The translations under genes and the position numbers were made by a program. A stretch of 64,000 nt of DNA from Bryobacteraceae bacterium (GTDB taxonomy: Bacteria; Acidobacteriota; Terriglobia; Bryobacterales; Bryobacteraceae), in NCBI GenBank assembly GCA_036557345.1, contig DATBHS010000098.1, forward strand, positions 8,605-72,604, given 5' to 3'. Positions 10,122-19,580 of this stretch are shown here, one piece after another. Each line of letters opens with the position of its first letter. Position 1 is the first letter of the stretch. The notes below the pieces were generated by a model that saw only the letters and a program-made list of their open reading frames with translations, was not told where the DNA came from and searched no databases.

Positions 10122-10663
10122 AGCGCCTTCAAATGACGATAGACGAGCGAAACAGGTAATCCGACCACGTTGTGATAACAACCTGTAATAGAGGTCACGA
10201 ATTTAGAGGCCAGCCCCTGGATGGCATACGCTCCGGCCTTGTCCCGTGGCTCACCAGTGCGTACGTACTCTTGAATCTCTTCCTCGGAAAGTTCCGCGAA
10301 CTGCACCCCCGTGCTTGCAACATCGGCAGTCGAGCCGTCCCCACGCAAGATACAGATACCAGTGTAAACCGAATGTTCGCGGCCTGACAGGAGGCGGAGC
10401 ATTCGGCAAGCGTCTTCATCGCTGGCTGGCTTGCCTAAGATTTCGTCGCCTAAGCAAACGACCGTATCCGCACCGAGAACGACATCGCCGGCCCTGCAGT
10501 TCACTGCCCGAGCCTTTTCTTCCGCCAGCCGTCGAACAAAGGCCGGAGGCGGTTCGTCCGCAAGACGGTCCTCGACGATCGATGCAGCCCTGACCCGGTG
10601 AGGGATTCCGGCCGCCAGCAGTAATTCATGACGGCGCGGCGAGGCGGAAGCCAGAATCAGCAC
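10118..10663 (-). CDS. maf: Maf family nucleoside triphosphate pyrophosphatase
   Basis: 181 aa. MLILASASPRRHELL...GKP...DKAGAYAIQG are canonical Maf motifs. Confidence 0.9.
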   Translation of the reverse strand: MLILASASPRRHELLLAAGIPHRVRAASIVEDRLADEPPPAFVRRLAEEKARAVNCRAGDVVLGADTVVCLGDEILGKPASDEDACRMLRLLSGREHSVYTGICILRGDGSTADVASTGVQFAELSEEEIQEYVRTGEPRDKAGAYAIQGLASKFVTSITGCYHNVVGLPVSLVYRHLKAL

Positions 10664-10768
10664 TCATTCAAGAAGATATCGAACTCATCCATGTTCTTGG
10701 AAAGTAAATCCGCCCGTGGGTGTCGCTAGTATAGCGATAGAGATGGTATTGGACTTCTTCTACATCGC

Positions 10769-11359
10769 ATGAGCGCGCGTGATACCCTCTCCTTTCTTCG
10801 CGCCTGGGTCGCGGATCCCGGGGCGGTCGGTGCTCTGGCGCCCTCCGGCGGGGCGCTGGCGAAACTGATGGCCAGCGAAATAACAGCCGCTTCGAGGCCC
10901 ATTATCGAACTCGGGCCCGGTACCGGGGTCTTTACGCGGGCGCTTCTCGATCGCGGGCTCACACAGCAGGACCTTACGCTCGTTGAGTACCAGTCTGATT
11001 TTGTCGCGTTGCTTCAACGTCGATTTCCGCAAGCACGGGTGCTCTCCATGGACGCTGCGGGTCTCCGCCACCATGAATTGTTTCCGAATGCCCCGGTCGG
11101 CGCTGTAGTCAGCGGGCTGCCGCTGCTCAATATACCGCCCGGAAAGGCCCTGGCGATTCTCTCGGGATCGTTTAGCTACATGCGTCCTGGCGGCGCGTTT
11201 TATCAATTCACCTACGGCCCACGCTGCCCCGTTCCCAGGCTTTTTCTCGACCGGTTAGGTCTTCACGCGACGTGCGTAGGCCGCGCGCTCTTAAATGTCC
11301 CGCCGGCTGCTGTCTATCGAATCACGCGCCGGCGGCCATCGAGGCTCCTGCGAGTCTGA
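10769..11359 (+). CDS. Class I SAM-dependent methyltransferase (phospholipid N-methyltransferase-like)
   Basis: 196 aa. SAM motif I is IIELGPGTGVFTRALLDRG. N-terminus LRAWVADPGAVGALAPSGGALAKLMA is typical of the PmtA-like small methyltransferases. Confidence 0.7.
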   Translation: MSARDTLSFLRAWVADPGAVGALAPSGGALAKLMASEITAASRPIIELGPGTGVFTRALLDRGLTQQDLTLVEYQSDFVALLQRRFPQARVLSMDAAGLRHHELFPNAPVGAVVSGLPLLNIPPGKALAILSGSFSYMRPGGAFYQFTYGPRCPVPRLFLDRLGLHATCVGRALLNVPPAAVYRITRRRPSRLLRV

Positions 11360-11406
11360 GCCTCGACGTTTCTAGGCCTCGCGAGTTATCGCGGCTACTC
11401 ACAGTC

Positions 11407-12330
11407 TCACGCGGTCGCGAGGCTTGCGACGTATTCCATAGGACAGCCGAAACCTTCGACATTTACTCCCAGGCATCGCAGTGCGTCGATCGCCATCATC
11501 CGCCTATAGGCGTTGAAGGTAATCACGTGCGCGAACATACCACCAAACGTGAAGGTCTCCGGCGGCTCACAGAGCGCGTCAACAAACGTGTCATCCCAAG
11601 CGCTTCGGTTCCGGACCTCCGTGAGGACCTGATGGAACTTTGCGTCCGCTCTTTCAAGGCGCGCCAGCATGGCCGAAGGAGTGCGGTCCGCCGGCGAGGT
11701 ATTGTTCATGGGAGGCATGCTGCTACCAGTGAGTGCTGCGGCCCATGCTTCCTTGGTTTGCACCATTCGGTCCAGAATCTGCCGCAGCGTCTGATCGGGT
11801 CCGTCCCAGGGAAAGAAGACCTTGACTTCGTTTTTCAAGGGACGATCAAGCTGTCCGTCGTTTAACGTCTTTGCCAGATCCAGAAGACGTCGGGTGTGCC
11901 AGGACTCCTGGCCGGAGAAAATATCAAAAAGGTCCATGAATTGATCAGCTCCTTTCGTTTCGTCCTTACCGGAATAGTGATGAATACCATTCGTCGCATG
12001 CAGGTAAGTGGATGTCACTCCCATGCGGCGATATACGCTCGGCGAAACACCAAATGCCTTTCGGAACGCCCTTGTGAATGCTTCGAGCGATCCATAATTT
12101 GCATTCAAACTGATGTCTGTCACTGAGCGTTGGGTACGAGATAACTGCCATGCTGCTCTTTCCAAAAGCAGCCTTCGGCGCATGGCAACCGGCGTCTCCT
12201 CGATCATGGCCCGGAACACCCTATAGAACTGTGTGCGGCTTCGATAAGCGTGTCGGGCAAGGGTGGTTGCGTTCTGCTCTCGATCAAGCGAATCAACAAC
12301 CACTCCGCACAGCCGTTGCACTTCGTCCAC
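11407..12330 (-). CDS. AraC family transcriptional regulator with C-terminal ligand/other domain
   Basis: 307 aa. N-terminal AraC HTH pair (ARHAYRSRTQFYRVFRAMIEETP ... SLEAFTRAFRKAFGVSPSVYRR). The C-terminal half is helical and of unassigned family. Confidence 0.75.
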   Translation of the reverse strand: MDEVQRLCGVVVDSLDREQNATTLARHAYRSRTQFYRVFRAMIEETPVAMRRRLLLERAAWQLSRTQRSVTDISLNANYGSLEAFTRAFRKAFGVSPSVYRRMGVTSTYLHATNGIHHYSGKDETKGADQFMDLFDIFSGQESWHTRRLLDLAKTLNDGQLDRPLKNEVKVFFPWDGPDQTLRQILDRMVQTKEAWAAALTGSSMPPMNNTSPADRTPSAMLARLERADAKFHQVLTEVRNRSAWDDTFVDALCEPPETFTFGGMFAHVITFNAYRRMMAIDALRCLGVNVEGFGCPMEYVASLATA

Positions 12331-12535
12331 GCAAGGAAAATATCACTTCAAGGTCCACGCTTGCCTGATCGGGAGTCCCAAAATTGCGAGTTTCGAGTGC
12401 CTCACAATGCGTCTATATTGAAGTATTGGGACGGTGATTAGGACGGCTTAGCAGAAGATTCGGCTAGCGCGAACCATCCTTTGAAGAGAGCATGCCGAAT
12501 TGGCGGCGTGTTTCACCCGTAAAGGTTGCGAAGTT

Positions 12536-13900
12536 ATGACAAGGCGGCTGAAGCGAAGGGCACCTTCACTGCTGATTGCCTGCCTGATTTTGAGTCGGGC
12601 AGCACTTCCGGCGAGCTTGGCCTTTGGGGTCAATGAGGGCGGAGCCGAGTTTCGCGGCGGAAATACTCCGAATCCAGGTCTCAATCCCGCTAAGCCGAAG
12701 ATGTGGAAAGTGACCGTACGTTCATTAGGGCCGAACGAGCTGGCGCAAGCAGTGATCGGCCCCGCGAACTGCCTGGGAAAGCCTGTGACGCTGCATGCAA
12801 ATATCGCGCCCGCTGCCGGACGGATGATTCAATACGCATGGACGGTGAATGGTCAGCCGCAGGGCAGCAACACGCCAGCCTTCACCTTCACGCCTAACAA
12901 TGTCGGCACGTTTACCGTGCAGGTGACGATTTCGGACGTGACTCCGCCTCCTCCGCCCATGCAGCGCCCGAAACATTTTCCCGTACGCTGCTGGAATCCG
13001 CCGCCCCCGCCGCCTCCACCGGCTCCCGTGACGGCTACGACGACGATCACGATTAGCGAAACGGCGCCCGCGATCACGAGTGTCACGGCTGATCCGACCA
13101 CCTTGGCTTGCGCTGCCAACACAGCAAGTACGCATACAGCCAATCTGACGGTTCACGCGACAGGTTCCGCTTGCGGCGGCAACTTGAGCTACAAGTGGAC
13201 TGCCAGCGAAGGCGCCGTAACCAATGATACAAACCAGAACGCGACCTTCGATGCCTCCACCGTAAGCTTCGAACCGGGCGCGACCGGTCAGACGAAGACC
13301 ATTACTGCTATGGTCACTATTACCGATGAGACTGGGAAGACAGCATCGCAATCCACTCCCCTTACGGTGAACTGCCAGCCGGTATGGCAGCGACTCGACG
13401 ACGTGGTCTTCACGAAGAACAACGCTCGCGTGAACAACTGCGGTAAGCGCATTCTGATCGATGACTTGGCTCCCCGACTGGCGAGCGGCGATTACGATAT
13501 CGTGCTCGTCGGTCACCGCGCAGCGGATGAACAGACAAACGCGCTGCCGGTACCTGGTCGCCGTTCTGGACCCCCGGTTCCGCTCGATGAGCAGCGCACG
13601 CTGAACTGCGCTGCCGTGTTAAGCGGCGGTACAGGAACCTGCGCTAGGGTCGATCCATCCCGCATTAGGGTGGATTGGGTTGGCACTGACCAGACTTCGG
13701 AACCGAGGCCAGGCATCTGCGGGACGTCGGGTCGCGCTGATCAGGAGGAGCGCAGAGGCTCGCAGACCAGCGAGGCGGATCATGACCGCCGCGTCGAAAT
13801 CTATCTTGTCCCGAGGGGCACGACGACACTGCCTCCAGCAGTGAAGCAAATCAAACCGCTGCCGGAGGCTCAGGTCAAGGCGCTCGGCTGTCCAAGATAG
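12536..13900 (+). CDS. Secreted protein with Ig/PKD-like repeats, poly-Pro linkers and OmpA-like C-terminal domain
   Basis: ATG at 12536 gives the signal peptide MTRRLKRRAPSLLIACLILSRAALPASLAFG. Two beta-rich modules are present (YAWTVNGQPQG...FTVQVTISD and LSYKWTASEGAV...AMVTITDE). Proline runs are PPPPP and PPPPPPPPAP. The C-terminal end is DIVLVGHRAADE...DHDRRVEIYLVP. Confidence 0.6.
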   Translation: MTRRLKRRAPSLLIACLILSRAALPASLAFGVNEGGAEFRGGNTPNPGLNPAKPKMWKVTVRSLGPNELAQAVIGPANCLGKPVTLHANIAPAAGRMIQYAWTVNGQPQGSNTPAFTFTPNNVGTFTVQVTISDVTPPPPPMQRPKHFPVRCWNPPPPPPPPAPVTATTTITISETAPAITSVTADPTTLACAANTASTHTANLTVHATGSACGGNLSYKWTASEGAVTNDTNQNATFDASTVSFEPGATGQTKTITAMVTITDETGKTASQSTPLTVNCQPVWQRLDDVVFTKNNARVNNCGKRILIDDLAPRLASGDYDIVLVGHRAADEQTNALPVPGRRSGPPVPLDEQRTLNCAAVLSGGTGTCARVDPSRIRVDWVGTDQTSEPRPGICGTSGRADQEERRGSQTSEADHDRRVEIYLVPRGTTTLPPAVKQIKPLPEAQVKALGCPR

Positions 13901-13959
13901 TCAGCAGTCGAGTGAACGCAGCAAACCCACAATCAATATGAGCCACGGAACGCGGCGGG

Positions 13960-14420
13960 CGCCGGTCAGAGGCTGCTTGCGCAATTTACGGGCGACTGGG
14001 ATGTCGTCAAGAGTTTCTTTCCGGGGAACGGCAAGCCGATCGTGACGGAAGGTACTCGTAAGCAGTACGTGATCCAGGAGGCAAGTTTTACAGTCGGATT
14101 TCACCTTCTTCAATCCTGACGTAACGAAGAGCACCGGCACCGAAATCTCCGGCTTCGATCCCAAAACGAATCGCTTCACCACCGTGTGGTATGACTCGCG
14201 GCAGACGACGATGTCAATTCGCCAGAGCGACGGCACGTTCGACGGCAAGAACATTGTCCTGTGGGCTACGCTCCTCGGTCCTGACCATCCGGGGCACAAG
14301 ACCGTCGCGCGCGCACCTTGAGGAAGACGGCCGCCTTCTCCTTCATCGCCATTTCACGATCGATGACAAAGGGGACGAGCGGATGGTGATCGAGCTGCGG
14401 ATGACGCGAGGTACTTGGAG
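13960..14420 (+). pseudogene. Frameshifted DUF1579-like gene remnant
   Basis: Own translation gives three frames that join into one DUF1579-like protein. The pieces are LLAQFTGDWDVVKSFFPGNGKPIVTEGTRKQYVIQ / VLQSDFTFFNPDVTKSTGTEISGFDPKTNRFTTVWYDSRQTTMSIRQSDGTFDGKNIVLWA / HLEEDGRLLLHRHFTIDDKGDERMVIELRMTR. There are frame breaks near 14075 and 14310. Confidence 0.45.
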
Positions 14421-14501
14421 TCGGATATCGTCCCTCGTGCAGGTCCCGCTCGCCAAGCACCTTTGTCCCGTCATATCGCCGGATGGGAATATGAAACGTA
14501 C

Positions 14502-14714
14502 CTAAGTCAGAATCTCTTCAATAATGCCGAAATCGTCTAAAACCTCGAGGCTTCGCCGTTGCAAGCCCTTGCCTCTCGAGCCTGCAAAGTACTGCTGGGC
14601 CCTATCGAAAATTCTGAATCGCACTCCACGACGCGCAAGATCGGACGCCAATGACAATCCGGTAGGTCCAGCTCCAGCAATTAGAACTTCCACATTCTGC
14701 CTGCTCATAAACAC
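14502..14714 (-). pseudogene. N-terminal fragment of an FAD-dependent monooxygenase
   Basis: 70-aa ORF NVEVLIAGAGPTGLSLASDLARRGVRFRIFDR is only the GxGxxG FAD-binding start of a protein family that normally has 400 aa or more. It stops at 14502. Some homology-like sequence continues out of frame. Confidence 0.55.
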
Positions 14715-14734
14715 TGGAGATATGGTACAGACTG

Positions 14735-15937
14735 TTAGGGCTTCGCCGTGGCCAGCTTACAGAGGGCGCGCCATTTTTTCGAGAGGTACCGGTTCCAATA
14801 CATCAGCACTCCGGTAATCGCGAGCAGGGGCAGCAGCGTTCCTAAGACCGCCCACAGTATCTTGACGGTCATACCCCAAGCGGTGCCGAAATGCAGCGGC
14901 GCGAGCAGCCAGACGAACCAGTCACCGACGGTCTCGTTCTTTCCGACGCGCCAGAGCCCGATGATGTTGCCACTTGCCGGATCGAGGTAAACCCAGGTCG
15001 TGTGGAGAAATTCCGTTACATCAGTACGGGCGAGCATTACGGCAAAAGGCTGGTTTCGGGAAGCGTAATTGATGCCCTGCAGCTTTGCGCCGGGTTCGGC
15101 TGCCATCGCATTGGCCACGAGCGTGGTAACTGGCAAGCGTGCGGCATAGGAGCGCTCGGAAAGGTGAAAAGTGGGCGGCGCAGCATTCGGCGATTTGCTG
15201 ATGGCATTGACCGCCGCGACAAAAGGCTCCGGCCAGACAAAGTAAATGCCGGAGATAGCCCAGATCGACATAAGGCCGAGCGTCCAGAAGCCGATCGCGC
15301 TGTGCAGATCGAAGTTGATGCGCTTCCAGCGCCGGCGGAAATCGACAATCAGCGCGTGCTTCCAGGTCTTCACGCCCGGCCACCAGATAACCACGCCCGT
15401 GATACACAAGAGCAACAAACAAGCCGCGCCGATGCCGTTTACGATGAATCCAACTGTCCCGCCGAGCAGCCGGAAATGAAGGTCGGCGACCCAATTGAGC
15501 CATCCCTGGTCGAGCGCCTGCTCTCCTACAAGATGCTCGTCGACCTCCGAGGCGAAAGCATACCGATACTTGCCTGCTTGTGAGAGGAGCGCGGCATACT
15601 TGCTGCCGCGAACACCGGGCGAGTAAATCGCTTCCAGCCTCCACTTAGGATACGTGCGCTCGACGACACGCGAGATACGCTCGAAAGCGGCGCCCGTAAC
15701 CGGTTCTGCGACGCCGGTTTGCGGCTGCATCAGCGCGGGATCACTCCAGCGGCCAAGCTCGTCCTCAAAGACGAGGACCGAGCCGGAAAATCCGATCACG
15801 AGAGCGTATAGGCAGAGCAGTACTCCGGCCCAGAGATGGATCTGAAACATCGCGCGGCGCAGCCAGACGCGGCGGGGATGTCTCCAGAACCCCCTATGTA
15901 CATGTACGACCGGCTGTTGTGCTTCTACTTCTACCAT
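14735..15937 (-). CDS. PepSY-associated TM helix protein (PiuB-like iron-regulated membrane protein)
   Basis: 400 aa. Repeated TM segments with the pattern HLWAGVLLCLYALVIGFSGSVLVF ... LHFG. Overlaps the 3-prime end of the upstream TonB-dependent receptor by 7 nt. Confidence 0.8.
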   Translation of the reverse strand: MVEVEAQQPVVHVHRGFWRHPRRVWLRRAMFQIHLWAGVLLCLYALVIGFSGSVLVFEDELGRWSDPALMQPQTGVAEPVTGAAFERISRVVERTYPKWRLEAIYSPGVRGSKYAALLSQAGKYRYAFASEVDEHLVGEQALDQGWLNWVADLHFRLLGGTVGFIVNGIGAACLLLLCITGVVIWWPGVKTWKHALIVDFRRRWKRINFDLHSAIGFWTLGLMSIWAISGIYFVWPEPFVAAVNAISKSPNAAPPTFHLSERSYAARLPVTTLVANAMAAEPGAKLQGINYASRNQPFAVMLARTDVTEFLHTTWVYLDPASGNIIGLWRVGKNETVGDWFVWLLAPLHFGTAWGMTVKILWAVLGTLLPLLAITGVLMYWNRYLSKKWRALCKLATAKP

Positions 15938-18318
15938 CGGAAAGAGATGCCGCCAATAACGCGCCTGGCGAATCCGTAATTACAATACGAGAGCGAGTTA
16001 CAGACGCCGACGTATCGCCTATCGCCGACGTTGGTTGCATTCAGGCTGAAGCGCGTGTATTTCCAGTCGTAATGCAGCCAGCCATCGAAAAGCGTATAGC
16101 CGGGAAGCTCGAGCGTATTGTCCGGGCTGCCGGCCTGGATGCCGACATAGCGGACTCCGGCGCCCACGCCTAAGCCGAGCAGCGGCCCTTGGGGAAACGA
16201 ATATTCGAGAAACGAAGATGCAGTCTGCCGCGGAACCGAAACCAGATATTTTCCCAACTGATCCGCATCAGTAGTATCGGTTACTCTCGCGTTGCCATGG
16301 GAATATGCAGCGTGAAAAACGAGACCGTGATGAAGGTTGGACACGGCTTCCAGTTCCGCGCCGCGTGAGCGTACCTGACCCACCTGAATCGTATTGAGCG
16401 AATTGTTCGGATCCGTCGTCTGTACATGGCTCTGGTCGATGTTGTAAAAGGAGGCGGTGATAAAGCTGTTCCAACCAACGGGCTGGAACTTGAGACCGGC
16501 CTCGAACTGCTTTCCGGTGGTCGGTACGAAGGGACTGCCGTAGTAATTCACTCCGAGCACCGGCAGAAAGGAAGTTGAATAACTGACGTAAGGAGCAAGA
16601 CCGAACGGCGCGGAGTACGAGATGCCGGCGCGGCCGGAAAAATGGTTGTTGCTCGATGGCGTCACAGAGCCGGCGATCAGGTCGTGCGTTCTCGTGGTGA
16701 CGAAGTCCTCGCGCCCGCTCAGCAGAATCGTCCAATGTTCGGCTATCTTCATTTGATCCTGCAGGTAAATACCGGACTGCCGCTGCCACTGGCGTTGGTT
16801 GAGATAGGGAGTGAGCGGGGGAGCCGTCGTGTTGTACTGCGGAGCAAAGACATCTATGCCCTCTACCGGAGCAAACCCACCGGTCGGGTAATCACCCGAG
16901 CGCGAGAAGTCGTAGCCTACCAGCACGGAATGCCGGATCGAGCCCGTTCGCAAGTCCGCCTCTGCTTGGTTATCGACTGCATACAACGTGTCGGTGTCGC
17001 GAAATGAGTAAGCAGCGCGGTCTAAGGTGCGCAGATCCGGCTCCAACCCGATTCCGTACGCGGTTCTCCCGTCGTAAAAGACGTTGTAAGAGCGAAATGC
17101 CTGATGGAAGGTCCACGTGTCATTGAAGCGGTGGTCAAAGATATAACCGATCGACCACTGTGTCCGGTGGACGCCGTCGAAACCCGGAATGCCGGTGAAG
17201 AAATCGACCGGGATCGTACCGTACGGATTCGCGAGCAGCGTGCCTTGCGCGGGCAGAAATTGCGCCCAACCAGAGTGGTCCCGCTGATAAAAGGACAGCA
17301 GGGTGATGCTGGTTTTGTCAGTCGGAGCCCAAGTCAGACCAGGCATGACAAACCAGCGATCGTCCGGGCTGTAATTCACCTGCGTACCGCTATCACGGTA
17401 CAGAGACGTCAGCCGGTAGCGCCAATGGCCAGCCCGGTCGAATAAGCCGCCGAAATCGCCCGACACTTGTTTGCGGTCATAACTTCCGAAATCGACTCCG
17501 ACCTCGTGCACGCTGCCAACCGGCGGCCGCTTGCTCGTTATATTGACTAGTCCGCCCGGCGCGCTTTGACCGTAGAGGACCGACGACGGCCCTTTCAGCA
17601 CGGTCACATTTTCGGCCATATACGGATCGGTCTGCCCCAGGTAGCCAGGAAAGCGAAGACCGTCCACAAAGAATCCATTGGTATCGTCCCCGAAGCCGCG
17701 GATCAGAAAGGAATCGTAGCGCGGATCGACGCCGTACGATTCAACAGCCACGCCCGGAGTAAAACGCAGAGCCTCATTCAGTGTCTGCGCGCCACGTTGT
17801 TCGAGTTGCTCGTTTGTAATGACGGAAATAGATTGCGGCGTGTCGAGGATCAAAGAGTCGCCCTTGGTAGCAGCAGCCGAACTCTCGGCAATATAGCCTT
17901 CCGATGCATTCACCGAGACGTTCGCAACCGCGCGCGCCACGGGGAGGACGAAGTCTTCCACCTTTGCGGTTTGTCCGAGTTGAACGTCACGGCTCACCGG
18001 TTCGAAACCCGCTCTGCTTACCTGAAGGGTGTAGCCGGCGGCCGGTAAGCGTAGCGAATAGGTGCCATCTCCGCGAGTTTGGGTTTCCCGATCAAGATCG
18101 CCGCAGCGAGCCAGAACACGTGCGGAGGTTATCACTCCGCCGGACTGGTCCCGAACCGTGCCCTTCAAAGTGATCTCGTTTGCTGAGCGGTCTACCGCGC
18201 AGGAACCGGGAGACGTGGCAGATCCGGCCGAAAGACAAACGCATAATGTGCCTACGAGAACGGGTAAGACTCTGATTCTATTACTCTTCACACATCTTCC
18301 GCACCAAGAAAATGACAT
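15931..18318 (-). CDS. TonB-dependent siderophore receptor with N-terminal carboxypeptidase-regulatory-like domain
   Basis: 795 aa. Has a signal peptide, a TLKGTVRDQSGGVITSARV beta-sandwich, a plug (DTPQSISVITNEQLEQRGAQTLNEALRFTPGV), a 22-strand barrel and a terminal aromatic (ISFRW). Confidence 0.9.
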   Translation of the reverse strand: MSFSWCGRCVKSNRIRVLPVLVGTLCVCLSAGSATSPGSCAVDRSANEITLKGTVRDQSGGVITSARVLARCGDLDRETQTRGDGTYSLRLPAAGYTLQVSRAGFEPVSRDVQLGQTAKVEDFVLPVARAVANVSVNASEGYIAESSAAATKGDSLILDTPQSISVITNEQLEQRGAQTLNEALRFTPGVAVESYGVDPRYDSFLIRGFGDDTNGFFVDGLRFPGYLGQTDPYMAENVTVLKGPSSVLYGQSAPGGLVNITSKRPPVGSVHEVGVDFGSYDRKQVSGDFGGLFDRAGHWRYRLTSLYRDSGTQVNYSPDDRWFVMPGLTWAPTDKTSITLLSFYQRDHSGWAQFLPAQGTLLANPYGTIPVDFFTGIPGFDGVHRTQWSIGYIFDHRFNDTWTFHQAFRSYNVFYDGRTAYGIGLEPDLRTLDRAAYSFRDTDTLYAVDNQAEADLRTGSIRHSVLVGYDFSRSGDYPTGGFAPVEGIDVFAPQYNTTAPPLTPYLNQRQWQRQSGIYLQDQMKIAEHWTILLSGREDFVTTRTHDLIAGSVTPSSNNHFSGRAGISYSAPFGLAPYVSYSTSFLPVLGVNYYGSPFVPTTGKQFEAGLKFQPVGWNSFITASFYNIDQSHVQTTDPNNSLNTIQVGQVRSRGAELEAVSNLHHGLVFHAAYSHGNARVTDTTDADQLGKYLVSVPRQTASSFLEYSFPQGPLLGLGVGAGVRYVGIQAGSPDNTLELPGYTLFDGWLHYDWKYTRFSLNATNVGDRRYVGVCNSLSYCNYGFARRVIGGISFRW

Positions 18319-18425
18319 CTAGGACCGTTATAGTCTTATATCACGACACAGATCACGTCTCTCTGGCTGAGTGGTGCTCTATTGATGCCGAACGGGGAAA
18401 ATTGCGGTGTGCGCCGAACGGGCGG

Positions 18426-19568
18426 TCACACCTTCTCCCACATGCCGCTTCTGGCCGAGTTCAAAACCGCATCCGTCACGTGCTCCGTTTGCAACGCGTC
18501 GCGAAAGCTGGGCGTAGCCGGAGTCCCTTCTGCCAGGCTCATCAAAAAATCCGCGACCTGGTGCACGAACGTGTGCTCATACCCGATCTGTAATCCGGGA
18601 ACCCACCAGCGATTCATATAAGGGTGATCGCCATCGGTTATATGGATGGACCGCCAGCCCCGCAGTTTGCCCTCATCGCGATGATCGAACCATTCCAGCC
18701 GATGGAGGTCGTGCAGGTCCCAGGCCAGCGACGCTTTCTCGCCGTTTACTTCGAATGTGTACAGCGCCTTGTGGCCGCGAGCATAGCGAGTGGCTTCAAA
18801 TGTTCCGAGCGAACCGTTCTCGAACCGCGCCAGAAACGCGCTTGCATCGTCGATTCGTACGGGCTGCACGTCTCCGGTCTCCTGATGCCGCCGCTCTTTG
18901 ATGAATGTCTCTGTCATGGCCGTTACTTGCGCGATCGGTCCGTTCAGCCAAAGAGCGGTATCGATGCAATGAGCCAGTAGATCGCCTGTGACCCCGCTGC
19001 CCGCTGCCTCGGCATCCAAACGCCATAGCGCGGCGCCGCCCTGCGGCAAGGAAGGAGACATGGTCCAGTCCTGCAGGAATTTTGCGCGGTAGTGAAAGAC
19101 GCGGCCCAGCAGCCCTTCATCGATCAACTGCTTCGCCAGCGTTACGGCCGGAACGCGGCGGTAGTTGTACCAGACCATGTTCGGCACGCCCGCTTTCTCA
19201 ACGGCTTCCACCATGCTCCCCGCTTCCGCCAGGCTGCGCGCCAGCGGTTTCTCGCAGAAAACGGTCTTTCCGGCAAAAGCTGCGGCAATGGCGATTTCCG
19301 CGTGCATGTTATTCGGGACGGCGATATCGATCGCATCAATGTCCTGCCGCTGTACAAGCATTCTCCAGTCGGTTTCCGTGGATTCGTATCCCCACTTGAT
19401 TGCGAACTCTTTCACCTTCTCGTGATTCCGCCCGCAGACTGCCTTCAGAACCGGACGAAATGCCAGCGGAAAGAAATCATTCACGCGCTTGTATGCGTTC
19501 GTGTGCGCCCGGCCCATGAAGCCGTAGCCGACCAGCCCGATACGCAACTCCCGTTCTTTGGCAGACAT
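18426..19568 (-). CDS. Gfo/Idh/MocA family oxidoreductase
   Basis: 380 aa. [22 protein letters not shown] Rossmann start, then EKPLA. Confidence 0.85.
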   Translation of the reverse strand: MSAKERELRIGLVGYGFMGRAHTNAYKRVNDFFPLAFRPVLKAVCGRNHEKVKEFAIKWGYESTETDWRMLVQRQDIDAIDIAVPNNMHAEIAIAAAFAGKTVFCEKPLARSLAEAGSMVEAVEKAGVPNMVWYNYRRVPAVTLAKQLIDEGLLGRVFHYRAKFLQDWTMSPSLPQGGAALWRLDAEAAGSGVTGDLLAHCIDTALWLNGPIAQVTAMTETFIKERRHQETGDVQPVRIDDASAFLARFENGSLGTFEATRYARGHKALYTFEVNGEKASLAWDLHDLHRLEWFDHRDEGKLRGWRSIHITDGDHPYMNRWWVPGLQIGYEHTFVHQVADFLMSLAEGTPATPSFRDALQTEHVTDAVLNSARSGMWEKV

Positions 19569-19580
19569 CAGAATTATTTT

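Noticed and set aside
10664-10768. Small perfect palindrome TCGCTA-GTA-TAGCGA between maf and the methyltransferase gene as an operator.
   Set aside because: It has 6-bp arms only, and no regulator or repeat copy supports a function.
18319-18425. Possible Fur box upstream of the TonB-dependent siderophore receptor.
   Set aside because: Only weak AT-rich partial matches (GATATAAGACTATAA) are present, with no convincing 19-bp palindrome.
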